Shown piece by piece: positions 57,303-64,000 of a stretch of DNA of 64,000 bases; the stretch's first letter is position 1; every line of letters starts with the position of its first letter. The translations under genes and the position numbers were made by a program. This DNA comes from a virus (lineage: Duplodnaviria; Caudoviricetes), in the IMG/VR virus record IMGVR_UViG_3300017963_000032, positions 1 to 64,000 of that record. The stretch is one strand, 5' to 3'. The notes under the pieces were generated by a model. It was not told the origin of the DNA and ran no database searches. It was given only the letters and a program-made list of their open reading frames with translations.

Positions 57303-57848
57303 ATGGCAACACCAGCATTCGAGAAGAGCAAGAACAAGAAGAGGATATTCGAACTACTTGGCAAAGTCAACAGGAAAGACTTCACCTTCAAGAAATGCAG
57401 GATTACAATAAAGAAAGAACTCGGAGAAGATTACAACGAGAAAACTCTTCAGTACTGGAGAAGCAAGTTCTTAACACCAGAGCAAAGACTCCCACCTAAA
57501 GTAGCACAGGTAAGGATGAAAAAGCTCGATGAAACAGTGGATGTTTACAAAGAGAGCATAAGATTATTTAACATGCAGAAAGCACGAGTTGAAAAAGAAG
57601 TAGAAGCAGAAAATCAATGTCAAAGACTCCTACCATCCGTGAGGGAAGAAATCAAGGTTGCAGGAGTCCTTCTTGAGGGTATCAAGAACCTAGAGTTTGA
57701 GCTTGGAATAAAAGAGAAGAAAACCAACAACGGAGTTGCTGGAGACCTCAATTATTACATCCTCGACACTATGGAAAAAGTAAAGGCCGCCAAAAAGGAA
57801 ATAGATGCAGAAGACAAAAAACTTGGAAGTCGAACCCGAATTAGTTGA
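57303..57848 (+). CDS. Probable terminase small subunit
   Basis: Helical protein directly upstream of terL. Confidence 0.55.
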   Translation: MATPAFEKSKNKKRIFELLGKVNRKDFTFKKCRITIKKELGEDYNEKTLQYWRSKFLTPEQRLPPKVAQVRMKKLDETVDVYKESIRLFNMQKARVEKEVEAENQCQRLLPSVREEIKVAGVLLEGIKNLEFELGIKEKKTNNGVAGDLNYYILDTMEKVKAAKKEIDAEDKKLGSRTRIS

Positions 57849-59487
57849 AGACTGGTTCCAAAGGCCCGAACTATTCTTTACAGCGGTGACTGGACTTAAA
57901 TCTTGTAGATACCAGACTGTATTTCTCAGAGACAAATCACAGAAGATAGCAATGCGTGTAGGCAGGCAAGGAGGCAAAAGCACAGTAGTTGCAGTAAGAA
58001 CAGTCTTCAAAGCCATGATGAACAATGGACACTTTAGTTTATTAATCAGCCCAACACTAGAGCAGACAGGAATTCTATTCAGAAAGATATTAAGGATTGT
58101 TAACACCAACCCTTGGATTAAACAAAGAATCAAGGTCCAGACTCAGACAAGGATTTATTTCAAGAATGAGAGCTGGATTTATACAACAAGTAAAGATACA
58201 GTGAGAGGTCACACACCTGATGAGCTCATAGTTGACGAGGCAGCATTCGTACCTGATGAAGTTTATGAAGCAGCTGAGCCTTCTCTTGCAGCAACATTCG
58301 ATACAGGAGGAAGCGTTGTTTATATCAGCACTCCTTTTGGTATGAGGGGAAAATTCTATCAGGCATTCCAAGACAGTTCATTTAGCACATATCACGTTCC
58401 AAGCACAGAGATTGCTCACGTGAGTCAACAGTACTTAAAAGACAAGGAAGCCAAATGTTTAGAGAATGAATTCAGGCAGGAGTATCTAGCCGAGTTCGTT
58501 GAGGACGTTGACACTTACTTCCCAAGGCCACTAGTTATGAGCGTGGCTGGAGATATTGAAGAAGTTAAAGAACCAAGGGAAGGATTCCTTTATTTCTTAG
58601 GAGTGGACATTGCAAGGTATGGAATGGATGAAACAGTATTCATAGTCTTAGAAGTCGACCCAACCACTAGCACTGGACAAGTTGTTGAGATAACAAGAAC
58701 AGCAAAGAAACCAACAACAGATACTATGGGAAGGATTAAAGAGCTCCATAAGAAATGGAAGTTCAGGACTATTTACCCAGACGAGACAAGTCTTGGTGGA
58801 GGAGTTGTTGATGTACTGCTTGAAGCTAAGCTCCCAGTCAAACCTATATCTTTCGGTGCAAGAGCTGAGAACAGGAAAGAGTCAAACAAGGAGTACATGT
58901 ATAAAAGTCTGAAATGGCTCATGGAAAACAAGAAAATCAAAATACCTCACTATCATAAATTAATCAACCAGCTGGTAGAGTTAAGAGAAGACTACACTGC
59001 TTCAGGCAGACTGATGGTCAAGCACCCAGAGAGAGGCCATGACGATTATCCTGATGCTTTAGCTCTAGCTTGCTTAGCTCTGGCCAAGACAAGAGACATG
59101 CCAAAGGCAGCGTTCGGAGCACTAGGAAAACCCGGAATGGTATCCTATAAGAAGGAAGAGTCTGAAGGTCAGAAGTTCATCAACAAGAGAGGAAAGGTAA
59201 AAAACAAAGACATCAAGATTGTCAGGCAGGACAAGGTCGAAGAGAATATTGACTGGGAAAAGATAGATGAAGTAATCAAAGAAGAAGCTGCAAGCGGTGT
59301 GGTCACTTGCAATATTTATGGTAAGATTGTAACCCCTCTTTATTGCTGGGGATGTTACAAGGAGCAATGCGATAATTTTAAAAGAGTAAGCCAGATAGCT
59401 CTTAGAAAAGGAATAAAGAAAGAGCAGCTCTGGATGAGACAAACAAGATACAAGAGGGGGGAACATGTCACAAAAAAAACAGATTAG
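57805..59487 (+). CDS. terL: Terminase large subunit
   Basis: GRQGGKS; LIVDEAAF; STPFG; LGVDIA; HDDYPDAL. Confidence 0.95.
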   Translation: MQKTKNLEVEPELVEDWFQRPELFFTAVTGLKSCRYQTVFLRDKSQKIAMRVGRQGGKSTVVAVRTVFKAMMNNGHFSLLISPTLEQTGILFRKILRIVNTNPWIKQRIKVQTQTRIYFKNESWIYTTSKDTVRGHTPDELIVDEAAFVPDEVYEAAEPSLAATFDTGGSVVYISTPFGMRGKFYQAFQDSSFSTYHVPSTEIAHVSQQYLKDKEAKCLENEFRQEYLAEFVEDVDTYFPRPLVMSVAGDIEEVKEPREGFLYFLGVDIARYGMDETVFIVLEVDPTTSTGQVVEITRTAKKPTTDTMGRIKELHKKWKFRTIYPDETSLGGGVVDVLLEAKLPVKPISFGARAENRKESNKEYMYKSLKWLMENKKIKIPHYHKLINQLVELREDYTASGRLMVKHPERGHDDYPDALALACLALAKTRDMPKAAFGALGKPGMVSYKKEESEGQKFINKRGKVKNKDIKIVRQDKVEENIDWEKIDEVIKEEAASGVVTCNIYGKIVTPLYCWGCYKEQCDNFKRVSQIALRKGIKKEQLWMRQTRYKRGEHVTKKTD

Positions 59488-59941
59488 GCCGGGAGTTATT
59501 GAGGTAGATTCCATAATTGGAAGAGTTAATCAAGAAGAAGAAAAAACACCAGATATTCCGAAGTTATTCCCAAAGAAGGATGAAACAGAGGAGATAGTTG
59601 AGAAAGCATTCAGCAAGCACCCATTATACGAGAAACCACAAAGATTAAAAGTATCTTTAAATACTCTAGCCTCTATTCTTAGACTCAAGGGCAAGAATCT
59701 CTTGACGCTTACCAAGTTTTACACTGGGAAAATAATCAAGCCCATACGGGACGCATCAGAAATACCAGTATTCATCGTCATACACGGACTCTTAGGATGG
59801 AGCGTACTGATAGCATTTTTAGGTTTTCAAATTAGCAAGCTGTCAATAGTACATATCATCGCTTGTGGAAGTGTGTATTACTTTATTTATGACTTATTAA
59901 CCCTTCTTAAAACGAAGAGGCAGGAGATAATTAAACGATGA
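59465..59941 (+). CDS. Membrane protein
   Basis: Two C-terminal hydrophobic helices, between terL and portal. Confidence 0.55.
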   Translation: MSQKKQIRPGVIEVDSIIGRVNQEEEKTPDIPKLFPKKDETEEIVEKAFSKHPLYEKPQRLKVSLNTLASILRLKGKNLLTLTKFYTGKIIKPIRDASEIPVFIVIHGLLGWSVLIAFLGFQISKLSIVHIIACGSVYYFIYDLLTLLKTKRQEIIKR

Positions 59942-62133
59942 AGCTGATAAGAGAAAGATTCAACAGGCCCGTAGCACTAAAAGAAAGGAGTTCTATAGTA
60001 GGTTCTATCGGTAATTTCGACAGGGACATCTACAGAGAAAGACTCTGGTCGCCTCATGAAGAAATGATTGAGTGCGTTAAGATGTACAATGAGAATTCTC
60101 TTGCTCAAGCAGCAATAAACACTATGAAAGAGTTCATCACTGGAGGGCAAATAAAAGTTATAGCTGATGATGAAAGAACTGCAAGAGCAGGCACAGCTTA
60201 TATCGAAAGCATAGGGATGCTTGACTTTACCAGTGAAATTGTCGAGAACACAATCAAGACAGGAAATGGTTATCTTGAGTGTGACTTTGACCGAATGACC
60301 AAGTTAAGAAAGAGATTCTATCCAATCGCTGATTCTTCAAGGATGTACTTGAACATTGACATTTATGGAAATGCAAAGAAAACTCAAAAGCTCGTAATGA
60401 GAAAAGGCGAGTACAAATACATAACAGTTGATAATGATGATGAATTCTTCCTACAACAAGTAGACCCTTCACAAATGATACCTCAAGCTAAGTGGTATGA
60501 TATGAGCTATTATTTTGGGAGTATGCTTAGGAGATTTAGAATTTACGCAATCCCAATTCACAGAGATAAGATGATTCATTTCAAGCTCAACATAGGGGAT
60601 ACTGGAGTGTACGGACGAAGCTATATGGCTAGTGCATTGAACGATAATCTTGCTTTAAGACAAGTCGAAGAATCACTGGCCACTATAGCCAAGTTCAAAG
60701 CTGTTCCTAGAGATGTCCTACAATATGGTGATGAGAACATGCCAGCAGAAAGTGAAGAGCTGGATGAGTTCATAGCTTACATGGAAAGTCTTGAAAAGGA
60801 CGAGACAGCTATTATTAACAAGCCAATCAAGAGAGAAGTTCTTTCTTATGCAGGCCAAGATATAAACCTTGATTATGTTATTCAGCACTTGAGAAAGAAA
60901 ATCATTGCAGGTATTGCTCCTGATTTCATGATGGGTCTTGGAGACCAAGTCAACAGGGCAACAGCCGGGCAAGCTTTACTCGCTTACGTTCTTGCTATTT
61001 ATTCAAAGAGAAGATTGTTCTTGAAACCATTAGAGAGATACATACTTTATCCATGGCTATTGCATCATGGGTTTAAAGTGGACAATGTACATTTAGAGTT
61101 CGGACAGTTAGACTTTGAAACAAAATCAGAAAAAGAATCAAGAGTATTGCAATCATGGAATAGCAATGTCTTAACACTCAACCAAACACTGGAAGAGCTA
61201 GGCAAGCCACAGATTGGAAAAGAAGGTGATGTTTACAGCCTAGACTGGCAGAACCAAATGATGCCAGATTTAATGGGTGGCTTCGGTGATTTTTCGCAGC
61301 CAGAGGAAGGAATGTCAGATTTCTCAACCACCCCCCAAAAAACAACTTCCGATGATGAGGAAGTTTCCGAAGCCAATTCTTATACTGAAAGTTTGACTAA
61401 GTTCCCTCATAATCCTACAGGTACTAAAACATTGCAGAAGCAAATGGCAGTCATGATAAGAAGCGCTTACAGGGAGAGATTGAAAGAAATCCTTTCAACC
61501 CTAGAGAAGAACAAGAAGTTATACGAAGAAAAGATAATGACTGAAGCAACCATAGGTGTTGAGGCCATTGACAATATTCTTTCTAAGATGATTGGACTTA
61601 ACTTGTTATTGAAGCCAATAATAAACGAGTTCATCAAGAAAGCTTATGACAAAGGAAACAGCGCAGTTGCAAGAGTCTTGAATGTTGGAACATTCGTTCC
61701 TTATGAGAAGAGACAACTTCAAGCATTGCAGAAGAACGCATTCGGTTACATCAAAGATTTCGGAGAGGAAAAGAAAGAAGAGCTCAGAGGAATCCTAACT
61801 GAAGGGGTAAGCCAAGGAGACAGAGTAAGCGAAATATCTAAAGAGATAAAGCAATCCTTCAATACCGTAGCTTGGAAGAGCGAGCAAATAGCTAGGACAG
61901 AAATGATAAGGACATACAACGAAGCAGCAGTTCAAGCAACAAACCAGTCAGGAGTCACAAAAGAAGTCAGATACGTTACTGCTCATGATGACAGGGTTTG
62001 CCCAGAGTGCAGGCCTAATCATATGAAGATATTCAAAACAAACCAATTAAAAGAAAACGTGAACAAACCGCCACTTCATCCTAATTGCAGGTGCGGTCTT
62101 GTACCATACGTTGGACCAAAGGAGGAAGAATAA
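59938..62133 (+). CDS. Portal protein fused to MuF/SPP1 gp7-like head domain
   Basis: IIHFK...YGRS portal motif; C-terminal IARTE...DDRVCPEC...PPLHPNCRC. Confidence 0.88.
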   Translation: MKLIRERFNRPVALKERSSIVGSIGNFDRDIYRERLWSPHEEMIECVKMYNENSLAQAAINTMKEFITGGQIKVIADDERTARAGTAYIESIGMLDFTSEIVENTIKTGNGYLECDFDRMTKLRKRFYPIADSSRMYLNIDIYGNAKKTQKLVMRKGEYKYITVDNDDEFFLQQVDPSQMIPQAKWYDMSYYFGSMLRRFRIYAIPIHRDKMIHFKLNIGDTGVYGRSYMASALNDNLALRQVEESLATIAKFKAVPRDVLQYGDENMPAESEELDEFIAYMESLEKDETAIINKPIKREVLSYAGQDINLDYVIQHLRKKIIAGIAPDFMMGLGDQVNRATAGQALLAYVLAIYSKRRLFLKPLERYILYPWLLHHGFKVDNVHLEFGQLDFETKSEKESRVLQSWNSNVLTLNQTLEELGKPQIGKEGDVYSLDWQNQMMPDLMGGFGDFSQPEEGMSDFSTTPQKTTSDDEEVSEANSYTESLTKFPHNPTGTKTLQKQMAVMIRSAYRERLKEILSTLEKNKKLYEEKIMTEATIGVEAIDNILSKMIGLNLLLKPIINEFIKKAYDKGNSAVARVLNVGTFVPYEKRQLQALQKNAFGYIKDFGEEKKEELRGILTEGVSQGDRVSEISKEIKQSFNTVAWKSEQIARTEMIRTYNEAAVQATNQSGVTKEVRYVTAHDDRVCPECRPNHMKIFKTNQLKENVNKPPLHPNCRCGLVPYVGPKEEE

Positions 62134-62135
62134 AA

Positions 62136-62519
62136 ATGGCATTAAGAACATTAAAATCAGGAGTAAGAACAGCTACTGGAGCTACAGATAGTTTCACATT
62201 CGACAACATCAGAGGCATAGTTCATGCAATAAGATTCATAGTGAGTGCAAGCACTAACTTTGAAATCTCAGAAATAGCACCAGACGGAACAACAGAACTA
62301 CAGCATTTATTTGGAACAGCAGGTGTACCAGTAACCGTGGCTGCATCATGCGTACATGCAGTAAGAGGAGTCCCTGTTGATAGAACAGATGGAGCAGACA
62401 TAGCAACACTAAATGGGGTTGTCCTAGTAGCAATAGATGGAAAAGTCAAAGTAGAAGCTTCAGCTTTAACAGCAGATGATACTTGGGCTGTTGAAATAAT
62501 AGTTGAGGTACCAGAATAA
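62136..62519 (+). CDS. Hypothetical beta-rich structural protein
   Basis: GGAGG RBS; head operon. Confidence 0.55.
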   Translation: MALRTLKSGVRTATGATDSFTFDNIRGIVHAIRFIVSASTNFEISEIAPDGTTELQHLFGTAGVPVTVAASCVHAVRGVPVDRTDGADIATLNGVVLVAIDGKVKVEASALTADDTWAVEIIVEVPE

Positions 62520-62544
62520 AAATAATAATCAAGGAGGAAAGAAA

Positions 62545-64000
62545 ATGGAAGATGTAGACCCTATCGCAGGAGATGAAGTCGTTCTAAAAGAACCTAAAGA
62601 TTTCAAGAAGATGAGTGATGAAGAATTAAGTGCTTGGATTGATAATAAGAAAGCACAAATCCAACAGGCAGAAGAAGAAGGAGACGCAGAGTCTAAGAAG
62701 ATTTACGAGAGTGGACTCAAGAAAGCTACTGAGATTCAAGATGCTAGAGCTGGAGTAGAACAGCCAATGGAAGAAGAGATTAATCCAGAAGAGAATCCTA
62801 TTCAAGCAAACCCGGGCCAACCTAATGCGCCTAGGACAGAACCTTTACCTGAAACGCCAGAAGATGTAGAACCTTCTGATGATGACCCAGAAAAGATAAT
62901 TGATGCTGGGGAAGTAATCATAGAAGCAGAAGAAGCACCAACAGGAGAGGGCGAAGTAACAGAAGACAGTTACCAGAAAGGAATAGACATAGAGTCCAAA
63001 GAACACCCTGACCTTTCACCAAAAGATATAATCAAATTAGTCAAAGACCACATGATTGAAGACCCTTATTATTATGATAAGGAAGAAGAAGTCAGCACTG
63101 AAGCAGGACCTCAGCTTCCACCGGGAGCAAAGAGCGTGAGCGACCCATCACAAGTACCAAAAGGATGGAGAGTAATCAAAGGCCCTAAAGGAGGAACTTA
63201 CGCAGTGCCACCAGCAGGAGGAGCAGGCGGAGACCAGAAACCATCTGAAGAACCTAAAGGGGAAGTACCAGATAATAAACAAGATGCAAGGTATGATTCC
63301 ATTGCTCAAGCATTGTACGGAAAGGATGCAAAAGATTTGACAGACCAAGAATTGGACGCAGTGCAAGAGTATGACCCAACAACAACATCTAATGTTACAA
63401 TAAATGATGGGGAATCAGTTATTGGTGACAAAGTTTATTCTGGGACGGATGAAGTAGAAATCAAAGCAATAGATGAGAATAACCAGATGGTTGTTGTTCA
63501 AGACTCTTCAGGAGAATATTCCGTAAAAGATGGAAAAGAACTCACAAAAGCTTCTGATGACAGCGGCAGTTTCGAAGGCGATGAAAAAGGATTCGCAGAT
63601 GCAGTTTCTAAATTCACTGACGCAGAAGTTACAGATGTAAGAACAATGAATGACTTTGCTGTTGATTATGCTGAAGTAGAAACCAATGAAGGAACATATA
63701 TGGTTTTCAACAGCGATGAAGATGCAGAGCATTTTGCAACTCAGAGAGTTCTTGATGATTTAAAGAATGAACCTGAGCTATTCAATCAAGACTGGCTTGC
63801 AGGACATGTAGATGAAGAAGCTGCAAAAAATGACATCGCACTTGGAATAGAAAATGATTCTGGATTCTATGACCAGTTTGTTGAAGAAGAACAACCAAAA
63901 ACAGACGAAGACTATGACAAATTTGCAGATTGGGCAAAAGAAAAAGCAGACCAAATCGTAGACAATGATGAATACTCAGAGTATGGGTTCGACAAATTGT
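62545..64000 (+). CDS. Large acidic head-region protein with DUF5661-like motif (3' truncated)
   Basis: Open to window end; KGIDIESKEH...KDHMIEDPYYY; absent from ORF track because it has no stop. Confidence 0.65.
   Translation, partial: MEDVDPIAGDEVVLKEPKDFKKMSDEELSAWIDNKKAQIQQAEEEGDAESKKIYESGLKKATEIQDARAGVEQPMEEEINPEENPIQANPGQPNAPRTEPLPETPEDVEPSDDDPEKIIDAGEVIIEAEEAPTGEGEVTEDSYQKGIDIESKEHPDLSPKDIIKLVKDHMIEDPYYYDKEEEVSTEAGPQLPPGAKSVSDPSQVPKGWRVIKGPKGGTYAVPPAGGAGGDQKPSEEPKGEVPDNKQDARYDSIAQALYGKDAKDLTDQELDAVQEYDPTTTSNVTINDGESVIGDKVYSGTDEVEIKAIDENNQMVVVQDSSGEYSVKDGKELTKASDDSGSFEGDEKGFADAVSKFTDAEVTDVRTMNDFAVDYAEVETNEGTYMVFNSDEDAEHFATQRVLDDLKNEPELFNQDWLAGHVDEEAAKNDIALGIENDSGFYDQFVEEEQPKTDEDYDKFADWAKEKADQIVDNDEYSEYGFDKL

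Noticed and set aside
1-64000. Genome-wide stop-codon recoding
   Set aside because: Genes read intact under the standard code with TAA, TGA and TAG all used as stops; no canonical suppressor tRNA found; only one suspicious TAG
1-64000. Integrase, att sites or host chromosome flank
   Set aside because: No recombinase or host housekeeping block recognised; provirus status cannot be judged from this window

Overview
The window is a 64-kb segment of a large tailed (siphovirus-like, Caudoviricetes) virus of an archaeal host. Essentially all real genes are on the + strand. Host evidence: BRE-TATA promoters, tRNA introns at position 37/38 with bulge-helix-bulge ends, archaeal tRNA identity elements (Tyr C1:G72 with short variable loop, Gln A1:U72), PCNA, Hjc-like resolvase, Pth2, a single-TRAM protein and ORB-like origin boxes. 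A DPANN-type host is a guess. Gene order: tail module (1-6.8 kb); two giant signal-peptide-bearing, sequon-rich adhesin-like proteins (6.8-19.3 kb); C1 peptidase plus holin-like gene; a glycosylation/methylation cluster (23-32 kb); an ORB/AT-rich origin (32.7-33.0 kb); replication and nuclease genes; an RNA module (43.7-55.7 kb); terminase, portal-MuF fusion and the start of a head gene. The RNA module is the standout. It holds a class II CCA enzyme, an HD hydrolase, four tandem Y RNA-like genes directly upstream of a Ro60/TROVE gene (one is a complete circularly permuted tRNA-Thr), exactly 20 tRNA genes covering each amino acid once, an extra permuted tRNA-like gene, RlaP-like nucleotidyltransferase and Pth2. 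All protein calls come from motif recognition by eye and all RNA folds were paired by hand; no database searches were run.
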